DNA of 64,000 nt from Octopus vulgaris (taxonomy: Eukaryota). How positions within the stretch are numbered: the first letter of the stretch is position 1; the number at the start of each line of letters is the position of its first letter. This document shows positions 11,206-22,130 of the stretch, in pieces. Location: assembly GCA_951406725.2 (NCBI GenBank), contig OX597839.1, positions 35,712,001 through 35,776,000 of the forward strand, in the 5' to 3' direction. Under the pieces are notes generated by a model, which saw only the letters and a list, made by a program, of their open reading frames with translations, was not told the DNA's origin and did no database searches. The translations under genes and the position numbers were made by a program.

Positions 11206-11509
11206 CTACATTGGTGGTGGTCACAGGAGAGTGTTATTATATCCCCCACATCTAGGTTGGTGCCGGTGTTGTATACACAGATATTCCAGACTCCCATTAC
11301 AGTACTGCTCCGCCATCAGGGACAGAGCTGCGGCTGCTGTTTTGTTTGTTTGTTTGTTGAGCGAAGCGGTCTTCGTCCCAGAGTTCGCAAGATCGTGCCT
11401 CAGGATATCTGTAGTGGGAGAAGTCCGAAACGTGGTCCTTTGCTGTTTGTAAGACCCGCAGAAGAGAAAGCAGGTCAACCCCTGATACCGAGAGCATCGA
11501 CGGATGGGT

Positions 11510-11750
11510 GAATGCGCATCCAGGCTCAGCGGTTGCGTAGGAAGTCGGGGACAAGAAACAGGAAGAAAGAGTGAGAGTAAGTTGGGGTGAAAGAGTACAA
11601 CAGGGGTCGCCACCACCCCCTGCCGGAGCCTTGTGGAGCTTTTAGGTGTTTTCGCTCAATAAACACACACAACGCCCGGTCTGGGAATCGAAACTGCGAT
11701 CCTCCAACCGCGAGTCTGCTGCCCTAACCACTGGGCCATTGTGCCTCCAC
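11510..11750 (-). mobile_element. tRNA-derived SINE (family D)
   Basis: Head GGCCCAGTGGTTAGGGCAG..TTCGATTCC; related to 14280-14590 and 20303-20590. Confidence 0.7.
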
Positions 11751-12198
11751 TTGCTGCTGTTACACAAACATCCTAGACCACATCTCATCCCCCAAAAAAT
11801 CCCACAGCTGACTGGTATGAAATTACTTACCATCACACTCCAGCCTGCTGTCCACAGACATGCTGTGTCCACTCCTTGCTGTCTCTACCACTACTACTAC
11901 AGTAGCCTCTGCTCTTCAGAGCTGGTTGATTGACCTTGCTCACCTTGGGGCTATAGTAGAAATCACTACCCAAAGTGCCACGGAGACGGACTGAAATGTG
12001 TCCCTACCAATATCTTTTAGCTTTTACTTATTTCAGTTATTGGCCTGTGTTCACGGTTACTATGGCAACAGTCTGAATATTTATTGATCAGCCCCCATAT
12101 GTGTGGATGCATTCATGTTTTTGAAATGAATCTACCACTGACCCTGATGCCTGTCTGTTGTGTTTGAACCCTAATTCTCATATTGTCTTTTCTTGCAG

Positions 12199-12318
12199 GT
12201 CAACCACCATCATACCCTCCACCACCACCTCTCACGAGACCGCCTCCACCTCCATCTGACCAACAAAACTCACAGCAAGTTCCCCCAATGCCTCCACCAC
12301 CAAGACCTCCAATTTCAG
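12199..12318 (+). CDS. SF3B4: SF3B4 Pro-rich exon
   Basis: cag|GT...G|gtaag, 120 nt, phase 1-1; GQPPSYPPPPPLTRPPPPP... Confidence 0.88.
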
Positions 12319-12409
12319 GTAAGTTCATTCACAGACTCAAGAACCTCTCAGCTCCAGAAAATGTTTTGCCGATTCTTGCTTTGAAACCAACTCAATCTGT
12401 TTTGGTTGC

Positions 12410-12770
12410 TGTTATCTTTCTTTTTCTTCTTGTTTGCTGTCTCCTCCTTTCCTTCCTCTTTCTCCACCTCCACTTTTCTTCTTTCTCCTCCACCTTCCTC
12501 CACTTCTTCCTCCTCCCCTCCTCTTCCTCAACTTTCTGTTTTTCTTTCTCCTCCCCTTCTCTTCCTCCTTTTATCTTTCTCCTCCTCTTCCCCTCCCCTT
12601 CTTCCACTTTCTCCTCTTTTTCTTTATCCTCCTCTTCCTCATCCTTCACTTTCTCCTCTTTTTCTTCTCTTCACTCTTCCCCTTAGTTTTCCTCCTTTCT
12701 TCCCCCTCCTCCCCATAGTTTTCTTCCCTTCTTCTTCCTCTTCTTCTCCTTCGTCCTCCTCCTCCTTTGG
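12410..12770 (+). repeat. Polypyrimidine (CT-rich) low-complexity tract
   Basis: Almost exclusively C/T. Confidence 0.9.
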
Positions 12771-12889
12771 CCATTGTCTCTTGTTTGCTTGTCTTCTCAA
12801 ATATCTGTTTCCTCATGCCAGCAAATTTTGGAGTGGAATAGATTTAACTCTTTAGCACTTGAACTGGACAGATGCAGCCTCTCACCACT

Positions 12890-13194
12890 GGTGGAGTGAA
12901 AATAAAATAGTGAAAATACCTGTGGCCTAAAATCTTGCTATATATTATTACTAGACAATTGATAAATTTTCGCTTAGATCAGTGAAGGGCAGTTACTCCC
13001 TCAAACACCCCAAACTCCACTATTGCAAAAAATTTACCCCCCACCCCCCATTTTCGGAGTTTAGGGGGCTTGAGGGAGTAAATGCCCTTGATTGATCTCA
13101 GCGAAAATTTAGCATTTTTCTGGTAATAAAACATAGCAACATTTTAGTCCTCGGGCATTTTCAATTTCCACAATTTTTTTACTTTCACTCCACC
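12890..13194. mobile_element. Foldback MITE with long inverted arms
   Basis: GGTGGAGTGAAA...TTTCACTCCACC termini; internal arms (TTACTCCCTCAA/TTGAGGGAGTAA, AAATTTTCGCT/AGCGAAAATTT); TTAA on the right flank. Confidence 0.75.
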
Positions 13195-13569
13195 TTAATA
13201 TGCATGTCTGTGGAGTACTCAACCACTTGCCATGTTAATTTCATGAGCAGGCTGTTCCATTCATTGGATCAACTGGAACCTTCGTTATTGTAATTGATAG
13301 AGTGTTAGTTAAAAGCGTATCAACTTTGGAAAATTTTCCAGTTTTGAGATTATCTTCCTTCCCTGTATGGAGTTGTTCTGTATTGCCCATATCCAGAAAG
13401 TTCGCTGCAGGAAAATTCACCTCAGGATTTTTGGGCCATAGGAAATTTTGCTGCCACACAAAAGATGGATTACTCTCCTTGGTATATAATTGTTTCAACC
13501 AATAAGAAGGAGTAAAGCAATTTCTTAACTCATTCAAAATTTCTTTATTCATTCAACAATATTTTTTTG

Positions 13570-14195
13570 TGTCGGTGGCACATAAAAAACACCATCCGAG
13601 CGTGGTCGTCTGGCACCTGTGTCGGTGGCACATAAAAACACCATCCGAGCATGGCCGTTCGCCAGCCTCGTCTGGCACCTGTGTCGGTGGAACATAAAAA
13701 ACACCATCCGAGCGTGGTCGTCTGCTAGCCTTGTCTGGCACCTGTGTCGGTGGCACATAAAAACACCATCCGAGCGTGGCCGTCTGCCAGCCTCGTCTGG
13801 CACCTGTGTCGGTGGCACATAAAAACACCATCCGAGCGTGGTCGTCTGCCAGCCTTGTCTGGCACCTGTGTCGGTGGCACATAAAAACACCATCCGAGCG
13901 TGGCCGTTCGCCAGCCTCGTCTGGCACCTGTGTCGGTGGCACATAAAATCACCCACTACACTCTCGGAGTGGTTGGCGTTAGGAAGGGCATCCAGCTGTA
14001 GAAACACCTGTGTCGGTGGCACATAAAATCACCCACTACACTCTCGGAGTGGTTGGCGTTAGGAAGGGCATCCAGCTGTAGAAACACTGCCAGATCTGGA
14101 CTGGCCTGGTGCAGCCTTCGGGCTCCCCAGACACCAGTTGAACCGTCCAACCCATGCTAGCATGGAAAGCGGACGTTAAATGATGATGATGATAT
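13570..14195 (+). repeat. Family C element with an ~62-bp internal tandem repeat (6-7 copies) plus a further ~72-bp duplication
   Basis: CACCTGTGTCGGTGGCACATAAAAACACCATCCGAGCGTGG... period 62 (13739, 13801, 13863, 13925). Confidence 0.9.
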
Positions 14196-14216
14196 ATATA
14201 TATATATATATATACC

Positions 14217-14256
<40 letters not shown>

Positions 14257-14279
14257 CATACAGGTATGTTAATGCAGAG

Positions 14280-14590
14280 TGGAGGGACATGGCCTAGTGG
14301 TTAGAGCATCGGACTCACAGTCGAGGGATTGCGGGTTCGAATCTCAGACCGGGCGATGTTTGTGTTTATGAGTGAAACACCTAAGCTCCACGCGGCTCCG
14401 GCAGAAGGTAATGGCGAAGTTCTGCTGACTCTTTTGCCACAACCTTCTCTCACTCTTTCCTCCTGCATGTTGCAGCTCACCTGCGACAGACCGGCGTCCC
14501 GTCCAGGTGGGGAACCTATACGCCAAAGAAACCGGGAAACTGGCACTTTTGAGCCAGGCGTTGCTCGAGAAGTAACAAACAAACAACAAT
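14280..14590 (+). mobile_element. tRNA-derived SINE (family D)
   Basis: Box A TGGCCTAGTGG, box B GGTTCGAATC, non-tRNA body, AAC-rich tail. Confidence 0.8.
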
Positions 14591-14648
14591 GTAAATGCAG
14601 ACAGAAAAAATGGAACTCAAAATACGAGCATATGTATATTTTTATTAG

Positions 14649-14761
14649 TATTTAGCAGAAGTAACAGAGTGACTCAAGGACTGAGAGTTTCATGTGTTGG
14701 CACTTAATGACTACACACTAAACTCTTGGACCTTGAGTCACTCCGTTACTTCTGCTAAATA
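14649..14761. repeat. 113-nt near-perfect inverted repeat (hairpin or mini-MITE)
   Basis: TATTTAGCAGAAGTAACAGAGTGACTCAAGG / CCTTGAGTCACTCCGTTACTTCTGCTAAATA, 30 of 31 paired. Confidence 0.9.
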
Positions 14762-15042
14762 ATATATATATATATATATATATTTCTTTACTGCCCACAA
14801 GGGGCTAAACATAGAAGGGACGAACAAGGACAGACAAAGGGATTAAGTCGATTACATCGACCCCAGTGCGTAACTGGTACTTAATTTATCGACCCCGAAA
14901 GGATGAAAGGCAAAGTCGACCTCGGCGGATTTTGAACCCAGAACACTTAACGGCAGACGAAATACGGCTAAGCATTTCGCCCGGCGTGCTAACGTTTCTG
15001 CCAGCTCGCCGCCTTTATATATATATATATATATATATAAAG

Positions 15043-15393
15043 GACCCCCCTTCGGGTAAAGACCCCCTTCGGTCATGAATGACCATGGGATTGCACCTAG
15101 AAAGTTACCCTCCTAGACACAAGTCCGGGCAAGGTTGTTTATGGAAGACCAGCAGTCGCCCATGCATCCCGGCCTCCCCTCTCCACGCCACCTGTGTTAT
15201 CCAAGGGAAAGACAAAGGTCGATACAGCTTGGCACCCGTGACGTCGCAACTCATTTCTACAGCTGAGTGAACTGGAGCAACGTGGAATAAAGTGTCTTGC
15301 TCAAGAACACAACACGCAGCCCGGTCCGGGATTCGAGCTCACAACCTCACGATCGTAAGCTCGACGCTCTAACCACTGAGCCATGCGCCTTCA
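15043..15393 (-). mobile_element. tRNA-derived SINE between (TA)n tracts
   Basis: Minus-strand head GGCGCATGGCTCAGTGGTTAGAGCG..CTCGAATCCCGG. Confidence 0.75.
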
Positions 15394-15595
15394 CTATATA
15401 TATATATATATAAATAGATGAGTGTATTTTTCCCTTGTTAACAATTAACACGGAAAAAATAGATAAATAGTTACCAGGGTAGCAAAAAAATCACACAAGA
15501 GGTTGTAACTCCTTGTTTTTAAAGGTAGAAACTTGGGTTTACGTGGAATTTTTTGTGTAATATATAAATAAATAAATTTACCTGTGTTAAACTCC

Positions 15596-15633
<38 letters not shown>

Positions 15634-15701
15634 ACTTCGTGTGTACCGTTGGCAATTTTTTTTCCTCTGTCTTCCCTTCTCTGGATCTTTCCTTCTCCTA
15701 T

Positions 15702-15736
15702 GTTTCCGACAAAGAGCTCCGCTCGAAACGTTAAAC
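15702..15736 (+). ncRNA. Degenerate minimal hammerhead motif in a Penelope-like remnant
   Basis: GUUU-CCGACAA-A-GAGC(UCC)GCUC-GAAA-CG-UU-AAAC; two core changes versus CUGANGA. Confidence 0.5.
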
Positions 15737-15921
15737 CCTCCTTCTTTCCTGAGCGTCCAATAATACTATATTTGTTCCACGTCCTCACATTGTTGTATTT
15801 TTTTGTGTTTTCTTGTTTGGATTAACTATATATATACACATGCACACACACACACACACAAATATGCATGTATGTATATATGCCGAGTCTATATCTTTTT
15901 CCATGTTTCTATTTGATGTAG

Positions 15922-16080
15922 GTAATGCAGGGCCACCAGCACCCCCTTCAAACATTGCGCCTCCGCCTCCAGGTCCAATGCCACCTGGCATGCCTCCACC
16001 ACCGCCACCCGGTATGCGACCACCCCCTCCTCCACCTGGATGGAGAGGACCGACACCACCACGTGGACCACCTCCCTTCG
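15922..16080 (+). CDS. SF3B4: SF3B4 Pro-rich exon
   Basis: tag|GT...G|gtaaat; GNAGPPAPPSNIAPPPPGPMPPG...RGPPPF; alternative in-frame acceptor 9 nt downstream. Confidence 0.87.
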
Positions 16081-16534
16081 GTAAATGAACTTAGTCTTCT
16101 CTTTTCTTTTGTGTTTTGTATGTTTGTATGTTTTCCAGTTTCAGCTCTTGAGGGGGCGGGAGAGACGGTGAGGGCGGGGCGGGTGAGGAAGAAAGTGTGA
16201 GAGAGAGGGGGATGCTGTGGGAAGAGAGAGAGATTTATTTAAAAAAAAAATTTATTTTATTTATTGTGTGAGGGGGCGGGCGGGTGAGGAAAAAAGTGTG
16301 AGAGAGAGGGGGATGCTGTGGGAAGAGAGAGAGAGGGACAGAATGGGTAAGAGAGATGGGGAAAGAGAAGAAAGGGAGGAAGAGGAATGAAAGAGAAGAG
16401 AAAGGAGAGAGGGAGAAAAGAGAGAGAGGGGGGAGAGCGTGTGGTAAGATGAAATTTGAACCCCTGTTCAGCTTCCTTTAATTATTTTCATCTCACTTTC
16501 TCTTGCTTTTTTTTTTTTTCTTTTTTCATCAAAG

Positions 16535-16692
16535 GTCGTCCACCACCGCCTCCACCACCCCAGCAACGTGGCCCTTCGATGCCCCCTCCGAGGGGTCAAC
16601 CTGGAATGGGTCCGCGCTGTCCACCACCCCCGCCGCGTGGTGTCAGACCTCCTCCACCAGGAAACGTGCGACCCGGAAATCAGAGATACTAA
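16535..16692 (+). CDS. SF3B4: SF3B4 last coding exon
   Basis: Long U tract, aag|GT; GRPPPPPPPQQRGP...GNQRY*; the 7 exons sum to 1098 nt, a multiple of 3. Confidence 0.88.
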
Positions 16693-17074
16693 GAGGGGTT
16701 CCAAGGGACCAGGACGTCGGAATTCACAAATGTCCATATTGGACGTCTGTGTTTTTTGCCTAAAATATTGTTTCTTTCCATAATATCGGGTGAGGGGTTA
16801 GCAATGGAGTACACAGAAAGGGGGTTGAACAAAAGAGAGAAAGAAAGAGAAGGGTTGAAAAGAAGCGGCCCTTTTTATTTTTTATTTTATTTTTTTTTTT
16901 AATCTTTAATCTTTAACAACAGGGGAATCTAAAACATCTCGCATCTTGTACATTCATTTAAAAGAAAAAAAAATTACAAAAATTACAAAATGGCGGTGCC
17001 CCAGCATGGCCACAGCTCGTGAGCTGAAACTAGATAAAATCAAATAAAATAAAATAAACAAAAGAAAAAAATCA

Positions 17075-17080
17075 AATAAA
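17075..17080 (+). promoter_or_regulatory. Candidate SF3B4 polyadenylation signal
   Basis: AATAAA followed by a T/GT-rich element (TCTTGTCTGTTTGTCTTT). Confidence 0.55.
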
Positions 17081-18534
17081 ATGTTTTACATTTTATCTTG
17101 TCTGTTTGTCTTTGAGTCTTTTTAATTCAGATGAAAGTGATGTGTCACCATGACGACGACCACCACCACCTTTGTCATCATCACCGTCATCACCATCATC
17201 ATTTTATGTCCACTTGTTTTCCCTCTCTCTCTTTCAGAGAGGCACTGAGCAGCTACATGCATACCTACACACACGGCAGTAACTTCCGCCTACCGAATTC
17301 AATCACAAAGCTTCGGTCGACTCGGGGCTATAGCGGAAGACACCTACCCAAAGTGCCACGCAGTGGGACTGAACCCGAAACCATGTAGCTAGGAAGCAAG
17401 CTCCCTAACCACACAGCCATGCCCGCGTCTTTATGTTTGCAAAGGTCAGATGGAATTCAATGAGGCAGGTTTTCTTTGGCTGTATGCCCTTGCTGTCACC
17501 AACCTTCGACTCTTTTGAAGCCAGGTAATATCTATCTCTCCATGGCTAGACTTGTTTCCCCACAGAAGATATGGAAATAAACAACACCGCTTGTATGACG
17601 GTGATGCTCATTTACAGCCATACAACCATCACATGCTGTCAAGGCTTGCGCACACACACACACACACAGAGACACACATGCACACACACATAGACACATA
17701 CACACACACATAGACACACACATGCACACACAGACACACACACATGCACACACATAGACACACACACATCTGTCTCTATATGTATGTATGACAGGTTTCT
17801 TTCTATGTTTGTCCATCAAATTCCTTCACAAGGCATTTGGTTGACACAGAGCTACACTAGAGGATGCTTGCCCAAGGTGCCACTCAGTGGGACTGAATCC
17901 TAAAATTTAAAGAAAGTATCTTGGCTAATATATATATAGGCCGATGCCAGCGCCGCCTAGACTGGCTTCCGTGCCGGCAGCACGTAAAATGCACCAATCC
18001 CATCGTGGCCATTTGCCAGCCTGCTCTGGCCCCTGTGCCAGTGGCACGTAAAAAGCACACACTACACTCACGGAGTGGTTGGCGTTAGGAAGGGCATCTA
18101 GCTGTAGAAACACTGCCAGATTAGACTGGAGCCTGGGGCAGCCTCCTGGCTTCCCAGATCCCCGGTCGAACCGTCCAACCCATGCTAGCATGGAAAGTGG
18201 ACGTTAAACGATGATGATGTAGTAACATGGCAGTCCTGGTTTAGGACTAATGTTGCTGTAATTTAGCCCCAGGAGACATCGTCTCCGGCTGCCTTTATGA
18301 CACGATCTGTGTCCTTATATTTTCGAACAAGGGAATGTAACACCCCCACTCAGCTCAAAACAATATCTGTGTATCGTGATTTCTGGGTTATTTCCCTTCA
18401 TTGGCACAGAATAATTGTTCGGCTAGAGGTAACGCTGCCAAATTCCCATTCGAAATATATAGTTTTCAGAGTGACAACTGTTGCTGAATATCTCACGTTG
18501 AGAGATTTAAAAATAGTAATTTTCTGATATCCTC

Positions 18535-19080
18535 TTTACTCTTTTACTTGTTTCAGTCATTTGACTGTGGCCATGCTGGAGCACCACCTTTAGTTGAGCA
18601 AATCGACCCCAGGACTTATTCGTTGTAAGCCTAGTACTTATTCTATCTGTCTCTTTTGCTGAACCGCTAAGTGACGGGGACGTAAACACACCAGCATCGG
18701 TTGTCAAGCGATGTTGGGGGGACAAACACAGACGCACATACATATATATATATATATATACGTAAAAAGCACCCGCTACACTCATGGAGTGGTTGGCGTT
18801 AGGAAGGGCATCCAGCTGTAGAAACACTGCCAGATCAGACTGGTCCTGGTGCAGCCTTCTGGCTTCCCAGACCCCAGTTGAACCGTCCAACCCATGCTAG
18901 CATGGAAAATGGATGTTAAACGATGATGATGATGATATACGACAGGCTTCTTTCAGTTTCCGTCTACCAAATCCACTCACAAGGCTTTGGTCGACCTGAG
19001 GCTATAGTAGAAGACACTTGCCCAAAGTGCCACACGATGGGACTGAACCTGGACCCATGTGGTTTGTAAGCAAGCTACTT
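18535..19080 (-). mobile_element. tRNA-derived SINE family B with a nested family C insertion in its central microsatellite
   Basis: Matches full copies at 30679-31085 and 32453-32817; insertion at ~18760-18935. Confidence 0.75.
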
Positions 19081-19247
19081 ATCCAGCTGTAGAATAAGAG
19101 TTACAAATAAGCACCTATTGAGGACTGCGGGTCAGTGTAACCAACTGAGCCCTTCTGAAATTAGTTACCATTATTCTGGATACCCTTTCTGTCATTCACC
19201 CTTACCTGTTTTTCAAGTAAAGGATCTCTCATTCCACATGTCTTTAA

Positions 19248-19468
19248 CCCTTTAGCATTTAAACCGGCCATATCCAGCCAAAAGTATTCTGCCTGTTTTA
19301 TGTTCAAACTGGCCAGATCTGGTCTCTCACACCAACCCTACAATATCGTTTTAAAAATGAACAGCTACCTCATCAAAACTTCATAGCTACAAGATAATGC
19401 ATGATTAGTTCAAAACAATGTGGATAAAGAAGCATTCATTTTGGTAGAATAATGCGAACACTAAAGGG
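19248..19468. mobile_element. piggyBac-type MITE
   Basis: TTAA|CCCTTTAG...CTAAAGGG|TTAA; related elements at ~19612-20800, ~31923 and ~35310. Confidence 0.8.
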
Positions 19469-19861
19469 TTAAAGGCCCCAAACCTGCAGATCATCTTTTG
19501 ACCAAGAAAATCACAATAGAAGCCATGACTTCAAATCCAATATAGTTGGTTTCTTTGGCATTGTTTTTTTATCAACAAGAAGAATACCAGCAGTGGATTT
19601 AAACATTTTGTTTAACCCTCTTGATACAAACCTGCCTGAGTCTGCCTTTGGTTCTGTGCTACAAAATTTGTGTTTTTAACCCTTTTGTATTTAAACCAGC
19701 CATATCCGGCCATAATATTTTACCTGTTTTAAATTCAAACCTCTCACACCTGCCCTACAATGTTATTCTAAAAATATGCAGTCATATCATGAAAATCTTG
19801 AAGTTATGAAATAATGCATCATTAATTCAAAATAATGTGAATAAGTAAGCATTACATTTAA

Positions 19862-20290
19862 TAGTTAGTTAATTTTTTGGCTCAAAAAGCAAAAAAGCAA
19901 GGCCATGTAGGGGGACATGGAGTTAAGTACAGGGTGGTGTTCATGTAAAGAGTTCAGGCCACTTGAGGTCAAGGGAGACTTTGAACCGAGCGGTCGTCGG
20001 CATCTTCACCATCTCGTCTGGCAGCTTATTCCACGGATCTGCAACCCGGACGGAGAAAGCTCCTCTCCTTCGATTGAGATGAAATCGTCGCAGGTAGAGC
20101 TTTTCGGAGTGACCCCGCAGCCGACGCTCTGGAGCAGGAGTGAAGAACAGCTCTTTCGAGAGGTTACACTTTCCGCTTATGATGTTGTGAGCGAGAATGA
20201 GATCACCACGGCGGCGGCGTTTTTCTAGAGAATAAAGGTCAAGCGTCTTCAGCCTTTCTTCATAAGACAAATTCTTGAGACCATGAACCA
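19862..20290 (-). mobile_element. CR1 LINE ORF2 C-terminus and 3' UTR (second CR1 family)
   Basis: LKNLSYEERLKTLDLYSLEKRRRRGDLI...LRGH..KL...FSVRVADPWNKLP, a classic CR1 motif set. Confidence 0.9.
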
Positions 20291-20869
20291 TGAACCATGA
20301 TAGGTGGAGGTGCAATAGCCCAGTGGTTGGGGCAGCAGAATTGCGGTTTCGATTCCCAGACTGGACATTGTGTGTGTTTATTGAGCAAAAATACCTAAAA
20401 GCTCCATGAGGCTCCGGCAGGGGGTGGTGACAACCCCTGTTGTACTCTTTCACCCCAATTTTCTCTCACTCTTTCTTCCTGCTTCTCAAGTAACGCTGCG
20501 ATTGACTGGCGTCCCGTCCAGCTGGGGGGAACACAAACACCACGGAAACCGGGCCCATGAGCCTGGCTAGGCTTGAAAAGGGTGACATCATTTTTTTTTT
20601 ACATTTGATAGAGTAATCTGAATGCTAAAGGTTTGACATATTCTAAATCAAAATCTTTTATCAAAATTTCTTGCTAATTCATATTCTAAACACCAGATTA
20701 ATAATGGAAAAGTTATTTTTTGCAAATTCTTGAATATTTTGAAAATGGATTGAAACAAAGTCAGTGCGTTTCAATAGAAATATGGCAAAAGAAGGGTTAA
20801 AGTGATCTAAAAACCTTCCATCAAGATTTTATGTTCATTTATGTTCCAAACACCATCTCAACCCTTTTA

Positions 20870-21318
20870 ATAATAATAATAATAATGAAATTATTGTATA
20901 CGGTGCTCAGATGCACCACAACTTGTCAGAAAGTGCGTATAGAGTATATGCAGTAACGTAGAAATGTCTGGAAAGTGAACAATGTATGAGTCAGATAGAT
21001 GCTTGTGTGTGTATGGAGGGGAGAAAATCAGGTGTAGTGTTGGCAAATCTCAGGAAGCATGGAAGTTTTGAAGGATGCAGTGCTCCGACAACTAACAACT
21101 GATGCCGGCAGTTTGTTCCATGCTTCAGCGTGTGTTTGGAGGGGAGAAGATCAGGTGTAGTGTTGGCAAATCTCAGGAAGCATGGAAGTTTTGAAGGATG
21201 CAGTGCTCCGACAACTAACAACTGATGCCGGCAGTTTGTTCCATGCTTCAGCAACTCTCAGCGTGAAAAAATGTTTCTTGAAGTCATGGGAGCTGTGCTG
21301 TTTTCTTACTTTGTAAAT
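20870..21318 (-). mobile_element. CR1-type 3' fragment carrying two tandem units
   Basis: Same family as 345-3455; dimer with the same unit junction. Confidence 0.88.
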
Positions 21319-21904
21319 TTTGTTACCGTATTTTGAGATGCTCTGTGTTTCTTTCAATTACTTTAAATATAACAAAGAATTTAGTAAAATAACTTGGTTA
21401 TCATTCAGCTAGTGTTAGTAACATAAACTATAACAAAAGTTTGATGAAAGATTTTAATTCAAAACTTATGAAATGAAGACATTTGTACTAGAGAGCCAGA
21501 AGTGGCTTCAACCAGGTTGGTATCAAAAGGGTTAAGAATTGTTTCCCAGTTCATCAATTCACTGCCGGTTCTCCAATTTCATTTCAATAATTTTCTTGAT
21601 GTCTTCATTTGTTCAGGTCAACGGTCACTCTGAATGAGGTTGGTCTTCCACTGACAAATGACCATAGGCATAGGAGTGGCTTGTTATCTCTATTTCTAGC
21701 TTTTGGTGGAGTAGAAGAGGTTAGATAGGGTCAAGTGGTGAAGACATTATTTCGGCCTAGCTAAAGGCATCTGGAAAATGTAAAACCGCTGTTGGAGAAA
21801 AACCATTGTTCCACCACGGGAAAAGTTCTGTTGCAGTGTTAATTTAAATTTGGCTGTGGTGGATTGAAACCACTTCATGCATGCAAGATTCACTACATCC
21901 ATAT

Positions 21905-22130
21905 AGCCCTCTATCCATCTATCTATCCGCTCAGGTCGAAGTCGACTCTCGGTCACTCGTTGGATTAGTGTCCTCCAGTCAGTTCTATCCTGGGCCGCTT
22001 CTTTCAGATTGGCTATGTCCATTCCCGTGTCACTCTTGATGGTGTCAAGCCAGTGGGTTCTTGGTCGGCCTCTCCGAGCATGATGTCCTTCTCCAGGGAT
22101 TTTCTCTGCATAATATGATCGAAATAGCTA
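21905..22130 (-). mobile_element. RTE/BovB-like LINE 3' fragment
   Basis: ..WLDTIKSDTGMDIANLKEAAQDRTDWRTLIQRVTESR; (GATA)n-like tail. Confidence 0.7.

Noticed and set aside
11409-11437. Fourth hammerhead-like motif (CUGUAGU..GGA GAAG UCC GAAAC GUG GUC)
   Set aside because: Two core mismatches and no convincing stem I.
12183-12855. Long Ser/Phe/Leu/Pro or Glu/Lys/Arg-rich ORFs
   Set aside because: Polypyrimidine low-complexity intron; the same applies to 39091-39561 and 41792-42514.
14280-14360. tRNA gene
   Set aside because: A and B boxes run into a repeated SINE body and no proper acceptor stem is evident; same for 15320-15393 and 11680-11750.
19941-20453. 170-aa standalone gene
   Set aside because: Chimeric read-through from a SINE into a truncated CR1 ORF2 end.
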